64,000 nucleotides of DNA. Source: Macrostomum lignano (taxonomy: Eukaryota). Of the stretch, positions 30,901 to 43,100 are shown one piece after another. The DNA lies in assembly GCA_002269645.1 (NCBI GenBank), contig NIVC01002116.1, positions 1-64,000 on the forward strand. Reading direction: 5' to 3'. Below the pieces are notes generated by a model, which had not been told where the DNA came from, ran no database searches, and saw only the letters and a list, made by a program, of their open reading frames with translations. The number at the start of each line of letters is the position of its first letter. Within the stretch, counting starts at the first letter, position 1. The translations under genes were made by a program, and so were the position numbers.

Positions 30901-32804
30901 TGTGAGACTCCCATCCTACATACCACACTACAGGCGGGATTTCCTGCCTGCTCAATGAAGCCCACCATAGCAACGCACCAGTATCCGTTCTCCAACAACC
31001 CGAGTCACGCCGGCCAGTTTGCCAACCCTGGCGGCGGCCTTCTTGCCGGAGTGATAGGTGCGCAGTGCATTAATTAGGGAACTCTTGCCAACATTTGGCA
31101 CGCCGGCAATCATGATGTTGAATTCGCGCTTGTCTGGCCTGAACTGCGAGGCCAATTGAAGCAGGCCGGACATCAGGCTGGTCAGGGTGCGGCCCTGTGA
31201 AGGTAGGGGTGTAGGGAAGGAGACTAAAGCTGGCAGAATAGTGAATCCTTATCATAACTAAAACGGCCCTTTTCAGGGCTTATAAAATAAATTTATTATG
31301 TATTAATGTATTCTAAGTACTAATGTTCGTGAAGTTTTTTCTATAATTTATTAACCAACTAAATACTTTCGATGGAACCCGATCAAGATTCATTAGTTAA
31401 AATCTAATATTTATCATTAGGGATACACAACACAAGCCAAGCTCAAACTATTGGATTCCTTCATCCGCTTCTTTGTGAAGATAATATTTACCACAATTTT
31501 CAGTCTCTTTGGTTGGGTGTCCCATATAAAGCGGAAACGGTCACAAAACATGAGTCACAAATCACAATAAACAGTCACAAAACACGGTCACAATGAACAG
31601 TCACAAAGCACGCTTACGATTAACAGTCACAAAACACAGACTGGGTTTTTTAAAGGTTGGAAATCCAGTTGCCAATGGCTATTTTTGGTTGCCCATTGGC
31701 AACTAGCCAAATTCTTGAGGATAAATATTTCCAAGACACTAAATTTTGAGTAACATGTACATATTATACTAACAATAACAATAACAAACTAACAATTCTA
31801 TCATATCATATCAATTCATATGGCGCTTTTTTACACTTACAAAAACAATTTTTGAAATTGGCAACTGGCACGGGGAAAATGAAGTTGCCAGATTGGCCTC
31901 TGATGCCTAAAATCCAGTTGCCAATGGCTTTTTTGGGTAGCCAGTGGCTACCGTATGGCCTAAAAAAACCCAGGAACACAGATACAATTAGCAGTCACAA
32001 AGCACGGTCACGATTAACAGTCACAAAACACGGATACAATTAGCAGTCACAAAACACGGTCACAGTGAACAGTAACAAAACACGGATACAATTAGCAGTC
32101 ACAAAACACGGTCACAGTGAACATTTACAACACACGGTCACAATGAACAGACACAAAACACGGATACAGTTAGCAGTCACAAAGCACAGTCACAGTGAAC
32201 AGTCACAAAACACGGCCACAAAACAGTCACCTGCTGACTGGACATAAAAAACGTCACAAAGCACGGTCAAAACACGATAACAGGCTACAATCGTCGCAGG
32301 CCTAAATGATGGCGAGTTTAGTTTTTATCGGTAATAAAAATTGACAAAGGCACAAAAATAAACGCATTCATATAGCAATGCACTACAGAATGCTGCACCA
32401 ACCAGTTCAGCTGACGAAGTGCGCAGGCTGCAGTGAAACACACGACTGCTGGGACCCTCGCGCTCCTCCATAAACCGCTTCCAGGACGCTCGAGCGCTGG
32501 GCGCCACCAAGTCGGCCTTGTTCAGCACAAGGGCGTGCGGCCTGGCAGCCCGGCTGTCCTCAAACAGGCGAGCCCGACCAGTTATTGGGATGCGAGCGTC
32601 GTGTACTTCAACAAATGCATCGACCGCGGCCAGCTTCTGGTTGATGCGCTTCCGACCTTTGTGTATATGGCCAGGGTGCCACATTAGGCTTTCCTTGGAC
32701 ACCAGTCGCAGCTCATGGCGGTTTCTTGTCAAGCTTGATTGGGCGTCGGCACTGTTGCCATGGCAACACCGGAGACTGCGCCAATAGATGATGCGCTGCT
32801 GCAT
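27935..32804 (-). CDS. MTG1: Mitochondrial ribosome-associated GTPase 1 (RbgA/YlqF circularly permuted GTPase, ~360 aa)
   Basis: Exons 32804..32403, 31194..30979, 30034..29794 and 28158..27935, phase-consistent (1083 nt). Motifs [18 protein letters not shown] (G4), [12 protein letters not shown] (G1), GVT (G2), DSPG (G3) and [10 protein letters not shown]. Confidence 0.95.
28277..29750. repeat. Highly homogeneous 33-bp minisatellite in MTG1 intron 3
   Basis: About 44 copies of gaaatctcacctatgcagatagcaatcagtatg, with no spacers. Confidence 0.98.
30155..30925. repeat. 32-bp minisatellite in MTG1 intron 2, interrupted by a MITE
   Basis: gtgtgagactcccatcctacataccctcccaa on both sides of 30445-30732. 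Confidence 0.95.
30445..30732. mobile_element. hAT-type MITE (288 bp)
   Basis: Perfect 14-bp TIR CATACATGCGCAAC / GTTGCGCATGTATG, with exact 8-bp TSD ctcccaag at 30437-30444 and 30733-30740. Confidence 0.9.
31540..32230. repeat. Degenerate ~26-bp repeat (cagtcacaaaacacgg core) in MTG1 intron 1, split by an insertion
   Basis: Copies at 31540-31640 and 31980-32230. Confidence 0.85.
31641..31974. mobile_element. hAT-type MITE (~334 bp)
   Basis: TIR CTGGGTTTTTT / AAAAAACCCAG(G), flanked by the 8-bp duplication aacacaga (31633-31640, 31975-31982). Internal ccagttgccaatggc repeats. Confidence 0.7.
32754..32767. promoter_or_regulatory. Perfect palindromic RFX X-box near the MTG1 5' end
   Basis: GTTGCCATGGCAAC matches the RFX consensus GTNRCC-N0-3-RGYAAC. 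Confidence 0.45.
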
Positions 32805-32914
32805 TGGCAGCTTGTTGCAAACAGTGGCAGCCTTAAAAATCGTTAGAAACAATTTCAGATGAATGAGACCTTCCTTATAATATCATTATTATTGCACAAG
32901 GGCTGTGCTGTGGG

Positions 32915-33155
32915 CATACATGCGCAACTGCTGGCCGACCTGGCCGATCCGGCCACCGTAAATTGTGGTAGACGAAGTAGCGAAAATGCCCACCCCAAAG
33001 AACAGACGTGGTACTATACTAATTAGCTGACGAGGCACTTAGCCTTAATAAGCCAGCATAGTTACCCCTGCCGTTTACCCAAAATTGTATTAATCTTGCT
33101 CTAGGGTTTCTTTCACAAGTAAGTCGCATTTTTTGTCAAAAAGTAAGTCGCATGG
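32915..33155. mobile_element. Diverged, one-end-truncated second copy of the 30445 MITE in opposite orientation
   Basis: It starts CATACATGCGCAAC and aligns by eye with the reverse complement of 30475-30732 (agctgacgaggca, catagttac.cctgccgtttacccaaa, gtaagtcgcattttt). Confidence 0.85.
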
Positions 33156-34246
33156 TTTAACCTGTTCTTATAGTTTAACCCTCAAAAGGTTAAGCCACAA
33201 TAACAGAAAAGGCTCTATAAGAAATACATGGCAATCTTTCCTTACTTTCCACTCCCCTAAAAATTCTAAGAAAATAACAAGGTACTGTGAGGTAATATTT
33301 ATTTTAAATAGTATTTTTCTTATAAAATTTATCTTTCAAGAAAAGTTAGGTCAGGATATAGTTCACTTTAAAAATATAATTAGCTTATTCTATAATAAAT
33401 TTATTTAAATAATTAGCCATATATTTAGTAAGGGACAGCTTTATTTCTAATAGTCACAATTTCTAATACTCTAATAATCTAAAATAATTTTAAATTGCTA
33501 AATTTCCAATAATCTCAAATTTGCTATTAAAGTGGTGAATCTCATTTCCCATTTAAGGGGATTCTAATTTTCTTAAAGATAGTTATAAAATATAATAAAA
33601 GCTTAGTAATTACAACAATATTAGAGGTCAACATGAAAATAAAATATTTTATAGTTAGTTCTAATTAAATTTATTTTAAAATCAGTAATTTTTTAGGAAA
33701 AATTATTATAGGGCCTAACTTAACTTTTCTTTAAAAGATCATTTTAATTAGTTAAAAACATTTTTTAGAATTTATAAAAGGTACAAAAAGGATTTAAAAA
33801 ATGGCCTATCATGGGCCCATGAGACCCTAAGACTTTATTAAAGGGTTAAACATTTTATTTAATTGTTTTTATTTAATAATCAAATTAATAATAGTCCTAA
33901 TTTTTATAAATTATATACTACTCTTACTTACAATTATTAATAGGCATATATCATCTATTAGAAATAAAGGTTTATTAAGTTTAAGATATAATAATAAATA
34001 TAATTTTAACAATTTAAAAATATTTAAATGGAAAGCTTACTCAATCTTAACAATATCCTTTTAATAATATTAATATTTAATATATGCTAATATTTAAATT
34101 TATGCTAGATGGCTAGCTAAGTCAAGATTAAAAATAAGAATAAAATGCACAAAACTTTTGTAGCCAACAAAGAACAAGCTTGAATTATATGATAGTGATA
34201 AATACAAATAAAAATTGATTAGAAAGATGCATACCAGGGTAGAATT

Positions 34247-34635
34247 TAGGGGTCGGACGTGATCACGATTGTGATCACGATTTCATGAATTCACGACCAT
34301 TTTTTTCACGATCGTGATTTCCTTGAAACCCGTTCATGATCCCAGTCATGAATTTCTGCTTTATTACATTTTTATTAGAAGTATAACTTTTCTACTTGGT
34401 TTACCAAAATATGTGAATACAAATGTGTAAAAGAGTAATAAATTTTAAATTTGTTGACTTGACAGCATTACTGAGTAGCTATTATCAATTTATAAATATT
34501 TCTTTTCTTGTTTTGTTATTTTCAACACTTGTAACTTACGAGCTCAAAATATGTGTATGCAAATATAAATTTACGATCACAATCACAATCACGCCCGACT
34601 TTGAAAATTTCATGAAATTTCACGCCCGACTAAAA
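34247..34635. mobile_element. Possible MITE with imperfect TIRs (GTCGGRCGTGA) and subterminal TCACGA repeats
   Basis: taggggtcggacgtga at the left end and tcacgcccgacta at the right end. It is a CpG-rich insert in CpG-free flanks; no clear TSD. Confidence 0.45.
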
Positions 34636-36320
34636 TTTTCTGCTCATTTGACCTCTAGGCCTAGTAGAATTCATCCCAAAAAACAAATAAATGTTTTTTG
34701 CAAAAAGTAAAAAATTGAATGTATATTGCTATTGGTGCAAGTCTTCATTCAAAATATAAAATATTGTGAGGTACTAAAGCCCTAAGGGCAACTTATCCAT
34801 TACCTAAAAGGCTAATAGATAAGCAAAACTATCTATTTCTTAGACTCTTTAGAAAGGGGACCACATTGTAAATATTGGCACCACTAGATCTACCTGAAAG
34901 ACTGCAGCACTAGTTGCCTATGGTTGCCAGGGCTTAATGAAATAGATAGCAACACCTCCTTGCTATATCCAGATGTATGTATGGAGCAACTTGCAGGCTA
35001 CAGCTTAGTCAAGTAAATCAAAGCCCTGAATGTGAATGAGCTTTAATAAATTTATAATGACACCAGGCACTAGTATTTCTATTGCTACATTTAAATTCAA
35101 CAATATCCATGCCCTTCTAGCAAAAAAATCTATTGTTTTGTGCACTTTTCTTGGTCAAATTTTTTGTTTTGCATGCTTGATGATATATTATATATAAAGT
35201 AGGCTTACATGAATACCTAGGCCTACTAGTGGTAGTGCAGAGCAGAATTAGAAATTATGCACATATCTCTTTATAGGCCTAGTTTTTGACAAAATTACAA
35301 AATTACTTTTTGATGAAAAGGCTTTTGACAAAATGTCTAGTTACTAATTAGGCCTACTAAAAGTATATGACATATATGATTTATATTATGGTACATGTAC
35401 ATGCAATGTGTAGGCCCTATTATCCAAAGGAAAATTAAAAAATCAAACTTGATAGGGGCATGTGCCTGTGCATCTCCCCCCTAAAACTGCTATTGAATAA
35501 TGAAAGGTCCTAGGCCTACTTTTTGTTACAATAGCAATAAACAATGTGAAAAATCGTATGTTTCTCTCTTAAAAATAATGAAATTTGCTAGACTGTTTTT
35601 AAAACAAATGAACACAACAATGTGCTTAACTCAAAGTAGACCTACCTAGTCTAGTCATGCTCTAATAAGTACTGTTTAATGTTATAGTATAGGCTAGCCT
35701 GGGCTGCCTGGTGGTAGTAGTTACTAACTATTTTTTCAGGCCTAAAGCTGGAGTTAACGACTGATCTGGATTTCTGCTTTCCAAGAAATGCGTTTTTTTA
35801 TATCACATCATGCCCGAACTTCAGCTTATACTTAATGATTCTACATGAACGAGTTCTCAGATTCTCTTAATCACTGATTCTGTTCAAGGATTGTGTACAT
35901 TGGCTAGTTAAATCCATTTAAAGATAATTTGTCCAATAATTTTTAAAGTGTAACGGAATGAATACGACTGCACAAAGTAACAAATGATACATTTTAGAGT
36001 CCGCTTTAATCTTTTAGAGTTAAAGTAAGATACTCAAAGTATTTTTAAGAATTTTTTTACCATACACTGTTTTCAAAATGTAAAACTAAACTCACAATGG
36101 TTGCATTAGATTCACATGCTTCAAAAATCTTTTTTTTCTGCCATTTAAATTTTGCGGGAAGACATCAATTACAAGAATTTCGATACTACCAGAGACCACC
36201 AGTTTCAGTGTGAGTGTGATGTGTCTACGTCTACGTGTACCAGAGACCGTTATCATTAGCTGATCCAGTTTAATATCATAACTTCAAAAATTGTGGTAAT
36301 TTGAAACTATACCTAAGATC

Positions 36321-37049
36321 ATGGCGCGCAAGCATGTCGACGTATCTGATCCACAAAAGACTGCGCTGTCAGTAAAGAGAAATCGGGGTGGTGGATCAAG
36401 CTGCTACGAAACATCGCATTGCAAGAGAGATTCGGAGCCGATATCTTATGCTCAGAGAAAAATCACAGATGAAAGTATTGATCTCGACTCTGCCTCTACT
36501 CCACTTCAATTAGTGACAGTGAAGCCGAAACTCGAACCACAAATTTCCGTTTTGTCCACTGACAGCGGATTTCTGCCCAGAGATATCCAGGACTCCTCAT
36601 TTGTAGAAGACGTGATGGAGGAACTAAACAGCCAAGGCATCAGTCATTCTGATATTATTTGCTGTCATGGTTGCCATGCAGGCACTCAAGAAAGACCACT
36701 TAAGCTTCCTGGCCTTGCAGTATCAAACGGAACACCAGAAACAGCCTGCCAAAAGAAGTCGAGAGAAGCGTGCCAGCGGGATCTCGACGGTCCTTCCTGC
36801 AAGAAGGTGTTCACGCAGAAAGCTTTGGAAGGTCAGGCTGAAGTGAAAAACGAAAAGCGCATTAAGAACAACGCAGCTTCGAGAAAGTCCAGAGCAAGTC
36901 GGAAGATGAATACTTTGGTAAAGGAGCAGGAAATTGCAGCTCTTCAAGCAGACAATCAAAGGTTGGCGATCGTTCTCGAAGACTTCACTTCTATAGCCGC
37001 AGCCTGCAAGCAGTGGATTGTGCGAAACATGGAAACTCCAGACACTTAA
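36321..37049 (+). CDS. Intronless bZIP transcription factor (PAR/C-EBP-like basic region)
   Basis: 242-aa ORF with the C-terminal basic region KRIKNNAASRKSRASRK followed by a leucine-zipper-like heptad. An AATAAA lies at about 37559. Confidence 0.85.
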   Translation: MARKHVDVSDPQKTALSVKRNRGGGSSCYETSHCKRDSEPISYAQRKITDESIDLDSASTPLQLVTVKPKLEPQISVLSTDSGFLPRDIQDSSFVEDVMEELNSQGISHSDIICCHGCHAGTQERPLKLPGLAVSNGTPETACQKKSREACQRDLDGPSCKKVFTQKALEGQAEVKNEKRIKNNAASRKSRASRKMNTLVKEQEIAALQADNQRLAIVLEDFTSIAAACKQWIVRNMETPDT

Positions 37050-39437
37050 CATTTACTTTGACCGGAGAAAGCTGCACTTTTCGAACTAAATGTCTTTTTT
37101 GTTTTTTTGCTGTTTTTAACTGTAAACAATTTACGGATTAAAAATGGAATTATCCCGATTGAACAGCACGTGACACCTCTCAGTGACAGTAGATTTCAAA
37201 GAAATTGCGTAACAATCTCGATTTTGAGAACAAGTTTCCATGTCAACTATTCAGTTTTCTTATATATGTAAATTTATTGTGTAACATTTATGCTGGCCGC
37301 TGTTACCTGCCTACTTTGAGCTTTTACTTTTTCATTGAGGACAATTTTAAAAGATTTAATTTCGCAAATATACTATTATATGCAGGTTCGTGCCTTGAGC
37401 AGATGCGAAAGGTTTCTAGATTTTTCACAATAAAGGATACGCAGATTTTGTATTTGCCTAGCTTGGCTCTGATCTCAGAGATCCGATTGTTTTTGCTTTC
37501 GCTGCATTGCACTGCAGTATGCAAACTGCTATGCGTGTTCTTTTAGTGAATCTTGTATAATAAAATGTTATTATTGCAAGCGATTATGGTTTATCTGTGT
37601 TAAATGAATAATTATTGATGTTGTATAGTTATTTATTAGCCTTGCACTCTTGTCACTCACTCAGCGCATCAAAGGGACTGAGCAATAAACGGGCATACTG
37701 AATACAAATATCTTTTTTGAGTTTGGATGCAATTTCATCTGTTATTAAAACGTTTTTTTCAGATTAGCTAAATATTCAATTTTGGACCGTCAGCGTTTGT
37801 CTTCTAAAAGTGCATGTTTTTTTTAAAAGAATGATATGAGTCATGCAAACTCATACGTATAGGCTACGGTCAGACGCTATGAGCAGTATAAGATTCACTT
37901 CTCCACGCTGGAAGGTTCAATAGGCCCCCCACGTGTCGCCACTCGCCGCGCAAATGTACACAGTCTGGGTGTGGCACGAGAATCTCTTCCCACTAGCTGG
38001 GCGGCTTTAGTTCCAAAGTGTACACCCAGCAGGGCGATTCTATACGCAAGACCAGAGAGTCTAAAATTAGCACTGGCGAAGAATGACGAATGTTAAAACT
38101 GCAGTAATAATAGTGCATTCATTCAATGCCAACTCTGCATGCATGCCGAAACTAGCGGGGGTATAGTATAGGCCAATGCTGCTAAACGATGACCGGCTGT
38201 GGCGCAATTGCCAATCAGTCAATACGAGAGTTGCAGTGCATGACTTTTTAGAGATTTTTCAGAATGAAGTAGAAAGATCGACGCTTAGACTCGGTTTTCA
38301 TAGAAATGATCTGAAGGCCGGTAAAGGAATGTATATTTGTCGTATCGCTGGTGCATTTCACAACCCGCTAATTTTTTGCACTCACTTTCCTAAACGCAAA
38401 CTTCACAACCACGAAACTTTACAACCGATAAAATGTCACCTACTTTCACAACCTACTTTAAGTGGCATTTAGCGGTTGTGAAATTTCGCGTTTGTGAACC
38501 CCCGCCCCCACTAAATGTACTGGTGGTTTAACGAACAAGTTATCTAACAATTCACTCGTGGCTGCAGCACGAAAATTCCGGGGTTCAGACCATAGACTGT
38601 AGCCTCTGCTGCTCTCAAGCATTAGCAGCAGCAGCTGGTGTCGGTGGCCCCAACCCCAGGCCAGTCGTTCCTTACTGAACTCCAGAATATTTTTAAGAAT
38701 ATCGAGCTATGTTAGCGTCCTACTACTGTACTTCTGCTGTCCATGAAACAACTGCATATGAAACGCTACGGTACTGCTAGGCCGAAAATTTCTTGATAAA
38801 ATGTACAGAAAACTCGTTTTATTAAACTGTGAGCCAATTGGGCTTCTGTTGGAACTATAAAAAATTTGTTAACCATACGGGTACCTTTACGTATTTGTAT
38901 ATTCTAGTATTATAATTATGATAGCAGATAGTATATATTGTACGAGCTAATGTACAAAAGTTAAGCAAGAGTTCCCATTCAATTGAAGGGCATCACTTCG
39001 ATTGAAGAGCTCCAGTGTCACGGCTACAGGGGGCGGCCTCCCTGCCCTCGCCCCACGGCTATTTGCCAAACTCTTTAGGCAGAGGAATGACGCATGACTT
39101 GCTTAACTCCCATGCAGCTTGTACGAGTATGCCACGATACAATGTTTGAATAGATTTGAGTAGCACAATATTCAACTCACGTTTAACATAGCCATCTCAA
39201 GTGCATAAAATTCAGTTTATCTGCCAAAATATCGCCAAGTCAAATGCAAGTTAGCCAATCAGAGCGCTTCTCAACATTGCAGAGCAACTGGACAAAAAAG
39301 AAAATTCAGAGTCTGCTACTACTTGAAATGATTATAATGCACTTAACTTGGTCTTTTGGTAACTCTGAATTGACCATTTTCAACTTGACAAGAAAAACCC
39401 ATAGTTGGAGGCAGGGGCTGTAAATTCCGCCGACTCC

Positions 39438-39698
39438 CCTGAGCAGCACACAAGCGCGCGGATACGTACGCAGTCACACGCACAGGCACACACTCACACA
39501 GGAGTGTACAGCGGCCCTGACTTTATTTATCGTTAGGCATGTACACTTCACTGTGCCTTGGGGGTTGGCCCTCAAGGCCGTTAATTGCACGAGCAGAGCC
39601 AAGCCGAGATTCCAGTTTAGCCTCAAATTAATGTGACTGGACTTGGAATCGAGCCCGGGCCGCTGGCACATGAGAACGCCGCGCTAGACCACTAGGAA
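39438..39698 (-). mobile_element. tRNA-Glu(CTC)-derived SINE-like element
   Basis: The minus strand ttcctagtggtctagcg-cggcgttctcatgtgccagcggcccgggctcgattcc resembles eukaryotic tRNA-Glu-CTC with part of the D-arm missing (A and B boxes are recognisable). The body is homologous to 60572-60715. Confidence 0.6.
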
Positions 39699-40199
39699 TT
39701 AGAATCCTTTTAATTCTGCATGTTGACCTCGACAGATCTCCACAATGCACCACCAACAGAAAAATAATGGATTCGGCTCAGTACAAAATGCTAATACAAG
39801 ATTCGCCGCACTCTACTGAAAGTACGATGCAACAGCAAATCAAAGCAGAGCAATCCAAATTGTGCAGAATAAAAACAAAATGAGTTGTAAATTATTAATT
39901 TGTTCCCGTATATTTTTGTTGCACATAGAGGTGTTGAAATATATCTTTTCCTAACATTAACTTCAATTTATCGTGCAGCAGTTGATCGAATCTGACAGGC
40001 CACAGGTAATTAATAACTGTGGGAACAGCTCGCAGGAATTACTCTCACTCTAATAGCTGGTGAAATGTCTAATCTATTCATCTGTTTAACCGAAATCGAG
40101 CTACTTCAAAGCGTGACAAAACAAAATAGCCGAGTTCTACTGCATAGCTTACTGTCAGTAGTTTAGCATCGCAATTGCAACTTGACTGCAACTGCTAAT

Positions 40200-43100
40200 T
40201 CAGGGCTGATGACGCTTGCGGAACAGGCCGCTGTAGTACTGCTGGAACAGGTTCTCCGCGCTCTGCCCGCTGCAGCCCGACGGTCCGGCCGGCCGGCACG
40301 CCTGCCTGCCGCCCAGGCCGCGGTAGCCGGACTTGGAGGGCTCCACCGAGCAGCACTGACCGGCCGGGCAGTCCGCGTCCGAGTCGCAGCCGACGCGTTC
40401 GCTGCTGCCCCGGCCGCCGCTGCCTCCGTCGGCGCCTCCGAGGTCGCCAACAATTTCGCCGATGCCGACGCCGCCCTCGCTTCCCAGCTGTGCCTTGTTG
40501 GACGTGCAGCGGCCGTAGGTGGCTGCGACATTGAGGGAGGAGTTTTCACTGTTTACCCCTGATGACCATTTGTATCACCTGAACTTCCAGAATAGCAAAT
40601 GCACGCAGGGCAAATGCGTTTTGTCTTTGGTTGATTCATGAGTTTATCCAGTTTCAGTGAAAGGCCAGTTTCTCCGACAATGTTAAATGGGATTCTGCCA
40701 TGGAGGATGCGGGTCGCGAAAGATTTATGCAAGAAAAATTGTTTACATACAATACAGTTATGGGATAGTGGAACTCCTAGTGCCCCAATTATATTCCTAT
40801 TTTGTGTTAGCTAAAAACATTCAACACAACTGAAATACCTTTTCTTTGGGTCCCAACGCTTCCTATTTTTTAAAAATCCTGACAATACTTTAACTTACCT
40901 AGCTCTGATATTTTACAGGGTTAAAACAAACTACTAACAGTAGCGTAAATGTCTATCTGCATTCTTTTCCCCATTGTCCTACGGTTTACGAGCGGATGTA
41001 TCAGCTATGTGTAGTATTATACCTCGACGAAAGTGCCATTAAAAGCTATTAAAAATCAAGCTATATCCAATTTGTGGTTGGACAAAATCGTAAAGTATGT
41101 TTCTTGTCCTGCAATAGATTTCAGATTAAATCTCTGTACTTCAAAACCTAATACACTCCATTTTTAACACACCGTCATTTTTGTCTCGTATAACATAAGC
41201 CCCAGCTGAACTTTGAAAACCAGGAAATTTGCTAAAATTTGTGATGCAGGAACGCTTATTATACGAGAGTATTCCTCCACAGGTTCTTACTAAGTATCAA
41301 CAATAGAAGTGCCAACAACGGTAACTTCTGGTGGTCCTTGGTTCTATCGGCAATGGTCTCATATCGATGAAAAACAGCAGCTCTATAGAATGCAACTTTG
41401 TAGAAGTTTCCTGAATTTTGCGACTCCCGTAGTTCCTTGTTGACTGCAATTCAGCCGTCTGAGCCGCGACTGCAGTTTTCAAACTCTTCAATTATTAATG
41501 AAAAGGAAATACAAGGCATTTATAGGCGCTTGTTTGCTTAGAAACTCCGCCTAGGATACAAATTATTCAAACCGTTGAACGAGTCGTGCAGCCATTTCTA
41601 GTGCTCAACGCAACCCTGCCTGAGGTCCCTGCAGCGGGGAGCAATCAAGGAAAACTCCTCAGTGTCGTCCTGAGCTACTTCTTAACGGCTTCTAGCTTGA
41701 GTCCGTGGGACAGTCAAAATTGAATGAGCAATTAAAACTGACATAGTAGAAGGCTGAAGAGACATAGGCTGAGAGATAATTAAGCGAAATAAAAAATTCA
41801 CGGAAGAGGGCCGGGCCTTTTTTCGGTTGGAAAAGTCGATGGTGGGCCTCACCAGGGAGTGGATGAACGGACGGCAGCCGTGTGCAGCGTGACAAAAACT
41901 TATTTCTTGTCATTTTCAGAGTGGCGAGGCGCAAATGATTGGAATTGATTGACATCCAGGTCAATCAATTTGGTCAGCGGTCGATCATGTCTCCCAGTTG
42001 TCTGCTACTTTTCGTATCGCTTCTGAAGCACTTTTATACTGTAGCTAACACAACCTTAGGCCGTCACAGCAACGCCTGAGATGTGGCTCGATTGTCATTG
42101 GACCATTCAAGGCATCCCAAATCCGTCACAGACGTGTCCCAAATGTAAGTAAACAAAAGCAGAACAGCAGTACAATCGAGGACCAAGCCGTCAAAGTGCC
42201 TCCAGAATCCAATATACTAAAAATAATGAGCCAAGCTCGTCAAAAGTTGACGATCAGCAGTATAGCTGCCACTTTTGTAGATTTTTGCATCCCCCAAATC
42301 CCAAAGAAATTCAATTACCGATTGCAGTCAGCGGACCAAAGAGCTTCTTTAGCCAAAGGAGGATTTACTTTTTCTGGCTCTTTGAGCTGGTTTTGAGTCT
42401 CATTTGTTGCATTTCGGCAGCAGAAATCGCACACGCACACACACACACACACACACTCAGCAATGGACTCACAGAAGAGAAGGCTGGGTTTTCAATCGGC
42501 CTCCGTTTGTCACGCGCCAACTGACATAAATCTCGTTCAGTTTCATTTCCTTCGCAACTAATAAAGAATCTTATAGTTTGCTGTTGTCACCCCTGACTGG
42601 ATTAAAATTATTGACACTGTTCGTTATGCAAATACATGCACAACAATCAATCAATATACACCAAATCCAGTGTTGGCGAACAGTGGCTCAACATAATTAA
42701 GTGGCTCAACAATGCGCCAGGCATGCACATTTCAATTATCTGCAATACAAAACAGTCTGCACTTTATGCTCTAAAGCTTGTCCTGCCCTTACTGGCAATT
42801 CACTACGCCGGTCTCTCAGCCTCAGCCTCGGGCGAAGACCCACAAACGGATTTTCTCTTGTCTATCAGCGGCTACCTACAGTTGATTTATGATTGACCTG
42901 CTCGGACCACATTTAGGATTGGTTCATTACTGTGCCGCGTGACCAGCAAACTGCTCATTGCTCACAACAGCAAGCCGGCGCGTGAATATGCTAAGCTAAT
43001 TGATGCATTTGATTGAAGGCCGATTGGTAATCGTTTTTTTAGACATTTTCGCTTTCGCTCCCTAATCAACCAAATTGGAGCGGCTTTTGCAGCATTCGTA

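Noticed and set aside
39640-39698. Functional tRNA-Glu gene
   Set aside because: The D-arm is partly deleted, the acceptor stem does not close, and it is fused to a dispersed-repeat body, so it is treated as a SINE head or pseudo-tRNA.
40163-40562. Ala-rich ORFs on both strands in the ORF track
   Set aside because: These are shadow frames. The third minus frame has the Cys pattern, a proper acceptor and phase match, and a stop.
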